A stretch of DNA of 64,000 nt from Vicinamibacterales bacterium (lineage in GTDB: Bacteria > Acidobacteriota > Vicinamibacteria > Vicinamibacterales > UBA8438), in contig OZ251506.1 of assembly GCA_965242835.1 (NCBI GenBank), positions 2,842,130 through 2,906,129 of the forward strand, in the 5' to 3' direction. Below, piece after piece: positions 17,727 through 27,600 of the stretch (position 1 is its first letter; every line of letters begins with the position of its first letter). A model generated the notes under the pieces. It was not told the DNA's origin and made no database searches. It was given only the letters and a program-made list of their open reading frames with translations. The position numbers and the translations under genes were made by a program.

Positions 17727-18356
17727 TCAGGCGCCGGGCCGCGGAGCGTCGAACAGGGCCGTCACGTCGACCGCGAATCCGGCGAGCAACGGCGAGGTCG
17801 TCGTGTCGCCGGGCGCGAATACGCCGTGTTCGACGTATTCGTTCCCTTCCAGCGCGAGCACGGTGATCGTTTCGTCGCGGGGGTCGACGATCCAGTACTC
17901 CGGAATGCCCGCCTCGGCGTAGTCGGCGCGCTTGACGACCAGATCCCGGGCCGGGTCGTCCGGGCTGACGACCTCGGCCACCAGGTCCGCGCCCAGCCAG
18001 TAGCGGTCCCGGCCGCGGGCGTCCGAACGGTCGCGGAGCAGCAGCAGGTCGGGTTCGCGGAACTTGCCCTCGCGGACGCGCAGCCGCAGGGCGGCGAACA
18101 GCACGACGCCCCCGCGCGGCGCGACGTGCGCGTGGAACAGGCGATGGAGAAGCGCGAGGATCGCCTGGTGGGTGAAGGTCGGCATCGGCAGCTCTTCGAC
18201 GTGGCCGTCGGTGAACTCGACCAGGCGTCTGCACCTGTCCGTGAGCCACAGGTACTCCTCGTCGCTCCAGGCGCCCTGGGGCGGCAGGATCTCGCGCAGG
18301 AGGGCGTGCAGCCCTTCCGGCGACGCGGCGGCCGGCGGCGCATCGGCGACCGTCAT
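17727..18356 (-). CDS. Uma2-family (DUF820) PD-(D/E)XK-fold endonuclease
   Basis: Internal start MTVADAPP in ORF 17727..18485. Motifs EEYLWL, EFTDGHVEELPMPTFTHQ, REPDLLLL, ADLVAEVVSPDD, K..DYAEAGIPEYWIVDP. TACGAT box 6 nt upstream of the ATG. Confidence 0.85.
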   Translation of the reverse strand: MTVADAPPAAASPEGLHALLREILPPQGAWSDEEYLWLTDRCRRLVEFTDGHVEELPMPTFTHQAILALLHRLFHAHVAPRGGVVLFAALRLRVREGKFREPDLLLLRDRSDARGRDRYWLGADLVAEVVSPDDPARDLVVKRADYAEAGIPEYWIVDPRDETITVLALEGNEYVEHGVFAPGDTTTSPLLAGFAVDVTALFDAPRPGA

Positions 18357-18492
18357 GCCTCCATCGTACCGCCGGGAGCGTGCGGCGGCAAGACGCGCAC
18401 GGCCGCACGGTGGCGGCGGTGGCGGCGATCTCCAGCTTGCGCGTCGAGTCCCGCGGCGCGGGGCAGGGGACGACGTGCAGGTCATCGTTCGT

Positions 18493-19650
18493 CTATCGGG
18501 TCTGTCGGTGCGCCGCCAGCTTGCTTCCCGCTTCCAGAACGAACGTCGTCAGCGACGGTATGCCGGCGCTCCAGGCGATGGGCGGCATTTGTCCCGGCGG
18601 GTCCCAGACGTAGCCCAGGCGGTTCAGGGCCTTGAGCGCGAGGTTGCGAGAGTCCGCATCTTCGATGCCGGTCCTTGCGAGCGCGTCGTCCAGCTCGTGC
18701 TCCGGTACGGCGGCGTCCGGACCATCCTGAAAGAGAGGGGCGACGGCCATGGCGGCCGCGAGCAGTCCGCCGTCGCGCAGTTCCTTGTATCGGATCTGAT
18801 AGTAGTCGGCCATGCGGGCCGCCACGCCGGGCCGCGACGCGTCGACGGCGGCCATCGTGATGGTGGTCTCGCCCGTGGCCCCATGGTGCCGCCACAGCGC
18901 ATCGCCCCAAAGCTGGATGAAGTACGAGTAGCGCTGGCCGTGTTCGACGACGGCCGTCAGGGCGCACTCGTCGATGGCGACGCCCTGTTCCTCCAGCGGC
19001 TTGGCCAGTGCTTCCCGGGCGGCGGGGGCGTCGAGGAGGCCGACGCCCAGCAAACCCTCGCCCAGCCGCGACCAGAACGACGCTTCCATCCGGCTCAGGC
19101 GATCCGGCAGCCCCGGCGTGCCGGCCAGCACCAGCAGGAACGGCGCGGCGGCGCGAACCTGCTGGCTGGCGTTGAGCAACGCGCGGCCGACGCCGCTCTC
19201 CAGCGTGTGCGCTTCGTCTAGCAGCACGGCCAGCGGCCTTCGGCGGCAGCGCGCCGTCAAGGCCCGCACGAGGTCCCGGTTCACGGCGCCGTCGGTTTGC
19301 CACTCGGCAGAGGCCATCGACGCCACGCCGACCTTGCGCGGCAGCCATCGGGCGATGCCCCGTCTCGGCGCCAGCGCGTCCGCGAGGGCCTGGTGGCTGG
19401 AGATGCGATCCGGCGTCAGAAACACGACGTCCACCGACGCCTCGTTGCAAACGCCCTGGAACCAGTTCAGCAGCACGGTCTTGCCGTTTCCGCGCGGACC
19501 CAGCAGGACGACGTTGTGGGGGGGCGCGGTCCCGGCGGCAAGGTCCGCGAGGCAGCGCGACAGCACCGCTTGCTGGACCTCGCGCCCGGCGAGCGTGGGC
19601 GGCGGCGCGCCGTCGCCGGGCCGGAAGAGGCGCGGCGCGATCGTGCTCAT
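18493..19650 (-). CDS. AAA+ ATPase (Orc1/Cdc6-like / AAA_16-like) with C-terminal wHTH-like tail; paralog of 59767..60945
   Basis: LAGRE...L, Walker A LLGPRGNGKTVLL, Walker B LAVLLDEAH, LVLAGTPGL, C-terminal LNRLGYVWDPPGQMPPIAWSAGIPSL. Roughly half of positions are identical by eye to the second copy over the full length. Confidence 0.8.
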   Translation of the reverse strand: MSTIAPRLFRPGDGAPPPTLAGREVQQAVLSRCLADLAAGTAPPHNVVLLGPRGNGKTVLLNWFQGVCNEASVDVVFLTPDRISSHQALADALAPRRGIARWLPRKVGVASMASAEWQTDGAVNRDLVRALTARCRRRPLAVLLDEAHTLESGVGRALLNASQQVRAAAPFLLVLAGTPGLPDRLSRMEASFWSRLGEGLLGVGLLDAPAAREALAKPLEEQGVAIDECALTAVVEHGQRYSYFIQLWGDALWRHHGATGETTITMAAVDASRPGVAARMADYYQIRYKELRDGGLLAAAMAVAPLFQDGPDAAVPEHELDDALARTGIEDADSRNLALKALNRLGYVWDPPGQMPPIAWSAGIPSLTTFVLEAGSKLAAHRQTR

Positions 19651-19805
19651 CGCGTGGCCAGTATACGCCGCCCCTTTTCGACCCGCGCGGGCCGGCCGGT
19701 CTCGACAGCCGCCCGCGAGCCGGCATACCCTTGCACCTGCGCCGGGAAACGGGCGGCGGCGCCGCGCCGCGCGTTCGGACGGGACAGCGAGAGGAGACGC
19801 CGACG

Positions 19806-20600
19806 ATGCCGAGGTTCGCCGCCAACCTGACGATGATGTACAACGAGGTCGACTTCCTCGACCGCTTCGCGGCGGCGGCCGGCGCCGGTTTCCGGGGCGT
19901 CGAGTACCTGTTTCCCTACGACTTCTCCAGGGAGGAGCTGGCCGGGCGTCTGGCCGACCACGGGCTCGAGCAGGTGCTGCACAACCTGCCGGCGGGCGAC
20001 TGGGCCGCCGGCGATCGCGGCATCGGCTGCCTGCCCGAGCGGGTGGGCGAGTTCCAGGACGGCGTCGGGCGGGCCGTCGACTACGCCCGCGCGCTGGACT
20101 GCCCGCGCGTGAACTGCCTGGCGGGGATCGCCCCGGAAGGCGCCGACCGGGAGCGGTTGACCGACACCTTCGTCACCAACCTCCGCTTCGCCGCCGGGAA
20201 GCTCGGCGAGGCCGGGATTCAGCTTCTCGTCGAACCGATCAACACGCGGGACGTTCCGGGGTTCTTCCTGACCGGGACCGCGCAGGCGAACGCCGTCATC
20301 GACGCCGTCGGATCCGACAACCTCGCGCTGCAGTACGACGTCTACCACATGCAGATCATGGAGGGGGACTTGGCGCGGACCATGCAGGACAACCTGGCGC
20401 GCATCTCCCACGTGCAGCTCGCCGACAACCCGGGCCGGCACGAACCGGGCAGCGGCGAGATCAACTACCCGTTCCTGTTCGACTTCCTCGACCGCATCGG
20501 CTACTCGGGCTGGATCGGCTGCGAGTACAAACCGGCCGCGGCGACGGCGGAGGGGCTGTCCTGGGCGGCTCCCTGGCTCGGCGCCGGGGCCTCGCGCTGA
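19806..20600 (+). CDS. Hydroxypyruvate isomerase (Hyi/OtnI family, TIM-barrel)
   Basis: Internal start MPRFAANLTMMYNEVDFLDRF. Motifs FRGVEYLFPY, LLVEPIN, LQYDVYHMQIMEGDL, GWIGCEYKP. Confidence 0.9.
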   Translation: MPRFAANLTMMYNEVDFLDRFAAAAGAGFRGVEYLFPYDFSREELAGRLADHGLEQVLHNLPAGDWAAGDRGIGCLPERVGEFQDGVGRAVDYARALDCPRVNCLAGIAPEGADRERLTDTFVTNLRFAAGKLGEAGIQLLVEPINTRDVPGFFLTGTAQANAVIDAVGSDNLALQYDVYHMQIMEGDLARTMQDNLARISHVQLADNPGRHEPGSGEINYPFLFDFLDRIGYSGWIGCEYKPAAATAEGLSWAAPWLGAGASR

Positions 20601-20625
20601 ACGCTTCCCGGAGGGACACCGACTC

Positions 20626-21522
20626 ATGGCGAAGGTAGGCTTCATCGGACTCGGCATCATGGGCCGCCCCATGGCGGGGCATCTGCAGAACGGCGGGCAC
20701 GCGTTGTTCGTCCACGACCTGGTTCCGATTCCCCGGGAGCTGGTCGACGGCGGCGCCGCCGTCTGCGGCAGCGGCCGGGAGGTGGCGGAACGGTCGGAGA
20801 TCGTCATCACGATGGTGCCCGACACCCCCGACGTCGCGGCCGTCCTGTTCGGGGACGGCGGCGTCGCCGAGGGCCTGTCCGCGGGCAAGACCGTCGTCGA
20901 CATGAGCTCCATCTCGCCGATCGAGACCAAGGGCTTCGCCGAGCGGATCAACGCGCTCGGCTGCGAGTACCTCGACGCGCCGGTGTCCGGCGGCGAGGTC
21001 GGCGCCAGGGCCGGCAAGCTGACCATCATGGTGGGCGGCGCCCAGGCGGCGTTCGACAGGGTGAAGCCGCTGTTCGACCTGATGGGCGCCAACGTCACGC
21101 TGGTCGGCGGCAACGGCGACGGGCAGACCACGAAGGTCGCCAACCAGATCATCGTGGCCCTGACGATCGAGGCGGTCGGCGAGGCGCTGCTGTTCGCGTC
21201 GAAGGCGGGGGCCGACCCCGCCCGGGTGCGGCAGGCGCTCATGGGCGGGTTCGCCTCGTCGAAGATCCTCGAGATCCACGGCGAGCGCATGATCGCCCGC
21301 ACGTTCGATCCGGGGTTCCGGATCAACCTGCACCAGAAGGACCTGAACCTCGCGCTCGGCGGCGCCCGCGCGCTGGGCCTGTCGCTGCCCAACACGGCGG
21401 CCTGTCAGGAGCTGTTCAACTGCTGCGCCGCCCACGGCGGTTCGGCCTGGGACCACTCCGGCATGGTCAAGGCCCTGGAGATGCTGGCCGGCCACGAGAT
21501 CGGCCAGGGCGGCGGGAGCTGA
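20626..21522 (+). CDS. 2-hydroxy-3-oxopropionate (tartronate semialdehyde) reductase
   Basis: MAKVGFIGLGIMGRPMA Rossmann motif, DAPVSGGEVGA, KVANQIIVA. Adjacent to hyi, as in glyoxylate/glycerate loci. Confidence 0.9.
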   Translation: MAKVGFIGLGIMGRPMAGHLQNGGHALFVHDLVPIPRELVDGGAAVCGSGREVAERSEIVITMVPDTPDVAAVLFGDGGVAEGLSAGKTVVDMSSISPIETKGFAERINALGCEYLDAPVSGGEVGARAGKLTIMVGGAQAAFDRVKPLFDLMGANVTLVGGNGDGQTTKVANQIIVALTIEAVGEALLFASKAGADPARVRQALMGGFASSKILEIHGERMIARTFDPGFRINLHQKDLNLALGGARALGLSLPNTAACQELFNCCAAHGGSAWDHSGMVKALEMLAGHEIGQGGGS

Positions 21523-21566
21523 GCCTGCTGGAGCGGCCCGGCCGCGGCCGGGCGGCGGCGGCCGGC

Positions 21567-21881
21567 TTGACTTCGGCTCGCCGATGCTTCATGAATAGGT
21601 GGATGGCGTCGTTGAAGCAGGCCGTGGCGGCGGCTGCCGCACTGCTCGTCGTGCTGGCGTCGGTGGGCAGCGCTCTCCACGAGCATGACGCCGACGTGCA
21701 GGCCGCCGGTCACGCGGACTGCGATGCGTGCCATCTCCGGCATCTGGCCGGTGTCGAAGCCGCCGGCGCGCCCGCGCCGGCGGCGCCGGATCCGGTAGCC
21801 GCCGCCGTCGTTTCCGTCTTCCCGGCCGCCGGCCGGCCCGCCGAGCTCGGCATCGCTCCGACGCGCGGCCCTCCCGCGTAG
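21567..21881 (+). CDS. Small His/Cys-rich membrane-anchored protein, DUF2946-like (start uncertain)
   Basis: TM span AVAAAAALLVVLASV, then HEHDADVQAAGHADCDACHLRH and a C-terminal APTRGPPA tail. Its position directly upstream of a TonB-dependent receptor is typical for DUF2946 as I remember it. Confidence 0.5.
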   Translation: MTSARRCFMNRWMASLKQAVAAAAALLVVLASVGSALHEHDADVQAAGHADCDACHLRHLAGVEAAGAPAPAAPDPVAAAVVSVFPAAGRPAELGIAPTRGPPA

Positions 21882-22134
21882 CCGCTTCCTCGCAATTCCC
21901 AGTTCCCCGCGGCGTCCCGTACCCGCACGACCGCCGACGGCCGGGGCCGGCGTCGGCGCCGGCCCGCCTGTCGTGCGTGCGTCGGCGCTCGCGGATCGAC
22001 GTTCGGCGCCTTTCGACGCCGGAGCGGCGCGATCTCGACGGATCCTCCGGGATCGACGGGGACGCCGTCCGTCCGCATCGTCGAGATCGGCAGAAATCCC
22101 GGCCGCCGCGCGCGGCGCCGGTGGAGGAGAAACC

Positions 22135-24591
22135 ATGCGTATTCGTCACCATGCCGCCGCCGCGGCTCTCGCCTGGAGCGCCGCGGCGGCCGCCGGGCCA
22201 GGGACGCCGGGCTCGGCCTTCGCGTTCGAGGAGACCGCTTCGATCCAGGGCGTCGTCGTGGCCGAGGACGGCGGCGCGCCGCTGCCGGCCGCCGTCGTGG
22301 TCCTGGACGGCGCGGCGACGTCGACCACGACGGGAGCGGACGGCAGGTTCACCCTCGCCGGCGTCCCCGCCGGAACGTATCGGCTGACCGTGACGCGGGA
22401 AGCCTTCGCGGCGCTCACGGCGACGGTGACGGTGACGGCCGGACGGCCCGTGCTTCTCGACCTCCGGCTCCCGGCGCTGCAGTTCGAGGAGCGCGTCGTC
22501 GTGACGGCGACGCGGACCGAACGGGCGGTCACCGAGGTCGCGGCCAGCGTCACGATACTGGACGCGGAGACCATCGAGGCGTCGGCGGCCCGCAACCTGC
22601 AGGACCTGCTGCGCCGGACGCCCGCCGTCGATCTGGCGGAGACGTCGGGCATGGCCGCCCGCGCCAACTCGTCGCTCGTCATGCGCGGCGTCCCCGGCAC
22701 CAAGCGGGCGCTGCTTCTGGTGGACGGGCTGCCGGCCAACGACCTGGGCCTCGGCACCCTGGCCGCGCTGAGCCTGGTGCCGCTGGAATCGGTGGAGCGC
22801 GCCGAGGTGGTCCGCGGGCCGTTCTCGAGCCTCTACGGCGCCAACGCCTTCGCCGGCGCCGTCAACGTGATCACCCGCCCCGGCGAGGGGCCGCCGGACG
22901 CCGGCTTCTTCGCCAGCGGCGGCTCGGCCGGCTACTACCAGCTCGGGGCGTCGGCGCGCGGGGAATCCGGTCCCGCCGCCTGGGCCGTCACGGCCGATCG
23001 CCGCCGGATCGACAACGTCTACGACCGCGACACCCGCACGGTCCCGGGCGTCGCCGACGACGGCAGCCTGCAGCCGCGGACGGTCCCGTTGCGCAACGTC
23101 GGGTACGAGGACGTGCGGATGACGGGCCGGCTGGACCTCGCGGTCTCCGAGGCGTGGGACCTGACGCTGCTGCCGCGGATCTCGAGCTACGAAACCGGCC
23201 TCGACCTGTCGTCCCGTCTGCCGGCGGCGGTCGAAGAGCACAAGCGGGACACCGCGGTCAATCTGGGCGGGATCCTCCGCCATGACGGGGCCGGCGCGCT
23301 GTCGGCGCGGATCCGGACGAGCTACCGCTACTCGAACCAGAGTCTCTTCCAGGAGAACTTCACGCTCGCCCCGACGCGGCAGACGGTCGTCGTCGATCCG
23401 CCCGGACCGGCCGTCCGCGAGTCGGTGACGCGCGGCGTGTTTCCGTTCGCGGCGCTCACCGGGCAGGACACCGGTTTCCACAACGTGCTCGTCGAACCGC
23501 AGCTCGCCTGGACCCCGAACCTCGCCCACACCGTCGTCTTCGGGGCGAGCTACACGGGCGAGCGCGGCGCGTTCGGCGACAGCGTCATCGCCGACCGTTC
23601 CAACCTGCTCGGCTCGGACGAGGCGCTCGCGCGGGTGGCGGCGGGCATCCAGGCCGGCATGGCCGCCGGAGGCGCGCCCAACCCGGCCGTCACGCTGGTC
23701 CGCGACCCCGCGATCGGCGACGTCTTCCCCCTCTCGCAGGGCCGCCGGGAGCGGTTCGACGTCCTTTCGGCGTACGTGCAGGACGAGTGGCTGCCCGCGG
23801 GTCGGCTGCGGCTGGTGCCCGGGCTGCGCTACGACCGGCACTCGGAGTTCGGATCGGTCGCCTCGCCGAAGGTCGCGCTGCTGTACGCGCTGACGCCGGC
23901 GACGCGGATCCGCGCCTCCGCCGGCCGCGCCTTTCGCGCGCCGAGCCTGTTCGAGCTGTTCGGCAACGTCGTCTTCCACGGCCCCATCCCCGGATTGCCG
24001 AACCCGGATCTGAAGCCCGAGCACATCACCTCGTTCGACGGCGGGATCCAGCACGAGGTCGGCCGCGCGCTTCGAACCGAGATGAACGTCTTCCACAACG
24101 ACATGACGGACCTCATCCAGCTCGTGATCTCGCCGCGGCGCGATCACTTCGACTGGGTCAACGTCGCCGAGGCGCGCTCGACCGGGCTGGAGCTGGTGGC
24201 GAACGGGCAGGCGGCCTCGTGGCTCGGCTACTACGCCAACTACGCGTACACGGACAGCGAGGATCGCGCGGCCGGCGCGCCGCTGGCGCTGGTGCCGCGG
24301 CACAAGGTCAACACGGGAGTCCAGTGGAACGCGGCGCTCGGGTCGTGGCGCCTGACCGGTTCCGTCGATCAGCGCTGGGTCGGCGAGCGGACGCAGAGCT
24401 CCCAGGGCGTCCCGGTCCTGCTCGACGGGTACGCGCGCACGGACCTCGCGATCCACCTGCACCCGAACGACGGCCTGCGCGTGGGCGTCCACGTGCTGAA
24501 CGTGCTGGACGCCGACTACCAGGAGACCGCGGCGAGCCCGACGCTCGGCCGCTTCGTGTCGATGAGCCTGACGGTGACGCCGTTCCGCTAG
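22135..24591 (+). CDS. TonB-dependent receptor with N-terminal carboxypeptidase-regulatory-like domain
   Basis: GGAGGAG SD. IQGVVVAEDGGAPLPAAVVVLDG...TGADGRFTLAGVPAGTYRLTV (CarbopepD_reg), then plug (VVVTATRTERAV..VAASVTILDAE, LVMRGVPG, LVDGLP) and a long beta-barrel. Confidence 0.9.
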   Translation: MRIRHHAAAAALAWSAAAAAGPGTPGSAFAFEETASIQGVVVAEDGGAPLPAAVVVLDGAATSTTTGADGRFTLAGVPAGTYRLTVTREAFAALTATVTVTAGRPVLLDLRLPALQFEERVVVTATRTERAVTEVAASVTILDAETIEASAARNLQDLLRRTPAVDLAETSGMAARANSSLVMRGVPGTKRALLLVDGLPANDLGLGTLAALSLVPLESVERAEVVRGPFSSLYGANAFAGAVNVITRPGEGPPDAGFFASGGSAGYYQLGASARGESGPAAWAVTADRRRIDNVYDRDTRTVPGVADDGSLQPRTVPLRNVGYEDVRMTGRLDLAVSEAWDLTLLPRISSYETGLDLSSRLPAAVEEHKRDTAVNLGGILRHDGAGALSARIRTSYRYSNQSLFQENFTLAPTRQTVVVDPPGPAVRESVTRGVFPFAALTGQDTGFHNVLVEPQLAWTPNLAHTVVFGASYTGERGAFGDSVIADRSNLLGSDEALARVAAGIQAGMAAGGAPNPAVTLVRDPAIGDVFPLSQGRRERFDVLSAYVQDEWLPAGRLRLVPGLRYDRHSEFGSVASPKVALLYALTPATRIRASAGRAFRAPSLFELFGNVVFHGPIPGLPNPDLKPEHITSFDGGIQHEVGRALRTEMNVFHNDMTDLIQLVISPRRDHFDWVNVAEARSTGLELVANGQAASWLGYYANYAYTDSEDRAAGAPLALVPRHKVNTGVQWNAALGSWRLTGSVDQRWVGERTQSSQGVPVLLDGYARTDLAIHLHPNDGLRVGVHVLNVLDADYQETAASPTLGRFVSMSLTVTPFR

Positions 24592-24655
24592 GAGGCTGGT
24601 CCGCGGTGCGGGAGCGGTGGCGCAAGGGGCGCGGCGACGGACGGAGGGAGACCCG

Positions 24656-27600
24656 ATGACTGCCGGAACGAGACCGGGACGAACGACCACGGCGCGGGCA
24701 TGGCTGGACGGCCCGTGGCGGCATCGCCGGCGGATCGCGGCGGCGGCGCTCGCGGCGGCGGCGCTCTGGAGCGGCTTCGCCGTCTGGCAGCGGCATCTCG
24801 CCGTGACCCGGGTCGCCTTCGTCAACTTCCCCGGCTTCCAGCTCGCCCGCATCGAGCGCGCGCGCCGCGGCGGGGCGGTGCGCGTCGAAGCTCTGGACCT
24901 GGAGTCGCTGCACCGCGCCGCCGACTATCCGGTCGTCTACGTGTTCGGCCGCGGCCTGCAGCTCGACCAGGCGCAGCTCGCGCAGTTGCGCGAAGCGGAT
25001 CGCCGCGGCGCGCGCCTGTTCGTGCAGGGGGCCACGAATCCGACCCTCGACGTCACCAACCTGCGCGGCCGGGAGCTCGACGCCGTCAGCGGCTATCTCG
25101 AGTTCGGAGGCGCGGAGAACTACGCCCGGCTGCTCAACTTCTCGCGCGCGGCGCTCGACGGCAAGACGTTCCGCTCGGAGCCGGTGCAGCCCCCCGTCGA
25201 GCGTTCCATGGACGTCCTGTTCCATCTGGAGGACGATCGGACGTTCGAGACGGTCGACGCCTTCGAAGGCTGGTACGAGGCGCAGGGACTCGTGAAGCCC
25301 GGGCGCCCGAAGATCGCCCTGCTCACCAGCGTGCCCGGCCCCTTCAACGCCAACCGCGATCACGTGGACGCGTTCATCCGCGCGCTCGAAGACCGCGCGT
25401 GGAACGTCTACCCGCTGGCCGCCACCGAGAAGCGGCTCGACTTCCTGCGGCGGATCGAGCCGGATCTGGTGGTGCTGATGCCGCACGGCCGGCTCACCCT
25501 GGGCCGGGCCGACGAGGCCCTCGCCTGGCTGCGCGAGCGCGACGTCCCCATGCTGACGCCGGTGTCGGTGTTCCGGAACCACGACGACTGGATGGCCGAC
25601 CAGCAGGGCATGGCCGGCGCCATGCTCACGATGAGCGTCGTCCTTCCCGAACTCGACGGCGGGGTGGCGCCCTACGCGGTGGCGGCGCAGTTCACCGACG
25701 CCGACGGCTACGAGATCTTCGAAGCGCTGCCGGAGCGCCTCGACACGTTCTGCGACCTGATCGAGCGCTGGCTGACGCTGAAGACGAAGCCCAACCGCGA
25801 CAAGCGCGTGGCCGTCTACTACTACAAGGGTCCGGGCAGGAACGCCATGACCGCCGGCGGCCTGGAGGTCGCGCCGAGTCTGCTGAACCTGCTGCGCTCC
25901 CTGCGGGACGCCGGCTACACGGTCGACGGACTCCCCGGGACGGAGGACGAGTTCCGGCGTCTCATCCAGACGAAGGGGCCGGTCCTCGGGCCGTACGCGC
26001 GCGGCGCGTTCGAGGAGTACCTCGCCGCCGGGGATCCGGCGCTGGTGCCGGCCGGCGAGTACGCCGCGTGGCTGGAAGCGGATCTCGATCCGGGAATGCG
26101 CGACGCCGTCGTCGGGCGCCACGGCCCCGCCCCCGGCGAGTACATGACGGTCGGGGACGGCGAGGAGACCGCGCTGGCCGTCGCCCGCGTGCGGTTCGGC
26201 AACGTCGTCCTCCTGCCGCAGCCCCTGCCGGGCGTCGGCGACGACACGTTCCGGCTGGTCCACGGCGTGCAGAAAGCGCCGCCGCATCCCTACGTCGCCT
26301 CCTACCTGTGGACCCGGAACGCCTTCGAGGCCGACGCCGTCGTCCACTTCGGCACCCACGGCAGCCTGGAGTTCACGCCCTGGCGGCAGGTCGCCCTGTC
26401 GGCCTCCGACTGGCCGGACGCGCTGATCGGCGGGATCCCGCACGTCTACGTCTACGTCATGAGCAACGTCGGCGAAGGGATCATCGCCAAGCGGCGCTCC
26501 TACGCGGCCACGGTGACGCACCTGACGCCGCCCTTCATGGAAGGCGGTCTGTACGAGGGGCTGCGTCCGTTGCGGGACCGGCTCGACGGCTATCGCGGCG
26601 CGGCCGACGGCCCGGTCCGGACGGAGCAGGCGCGCACCGTCCGGCGCCTGGCGACGGAGATGAACCTGCACGTGGACCTCGGTCTGGACCCCGGCGCGGA
26701 GTGGTCGGCGGACGACCTGTTCCGCCTGAGCAACCACGTCGAGACCATCGGCGGGGAGAAGGTCGCGCGGGGGCTCTACACGCTGGGCGGCGTCTTCACG
26801 CCGGAGGAGATCGACGCGACGGCGGAGCTGATGGCGATCGACCCGATCGCCTACGCCCTGTCCCGCATCGACGTCGTCGAGTCCGCGGTCGACGCCGCCG
26901 AGCTGGAGGACGAGGTGTTCTTCGAGCGCCGCTACCGCCGGCGCGCGCGGCGGGCCTACGCGCGGCGCGCGGCGGGCCGGGACGCCGGGACGGTGCTCTC
27001 CGGCCTGGTGGCGGAGGAGGATCTGCGGCGCGCCCACGCTTGGCGGGAAGCGGCGCGCCGGCCGTCGGACGACGACGTCATCCGCGGCTTCATTTCGATG
27101 GGCGCGCCGGCCCGCGCGCGGCCCGACGCCGCCCCATCGGAATCCCGCGCCGCCGATCTGGAGGACCTGGTGGCGCGCATCCGGCCCCATCCGAAGAAGG
27201 TCGAGTTCGTCGAGAGGCTGCAATCGGAGCAGGAGTTCGCGCGGATGTCGCAGATCCTCGATCCGGCGCGGCTCGAACGCGCCAGGACCATCGCCGCGGT
27301 CATCCCGCCGATGGCCGAGGCGCTGGAGACGGCCGAGGACCCGGACGTGTTCGCCCTCCTCGAGGCGATGCAGGACCCGTCGCTCCGCGAACGGACCTTC
27401 ACGCTGCTGAAGGACCCGGGCCTCGTCGACCGGGTCGAGGAGGAAAGGCGGCGGCTGGCGGCGGAGCGGCTCGCGTTCGCGCTCGAGGCGCCGCGGGTCG
27501 AGGCGCTCGAGCGGGCCTGGGGCCGCGAGTCGGCCGGCGGTCTGCTGACCGCCGCCACCGCCGACGTCGAGCGGGCGCTCTCGGCGATGGCCTTCTACCG

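Noticed and set aside
21882-22134. Cobalamin riboswitch upstream of the TonB receptor / CobN-like operon.
   Set aside because: I looked for the B12-box core (GCCACTG) and the conserved GGGAA / GGTG..GAATCC elements and did not find them. This cannot be fully excluded without a covariance-model scan.
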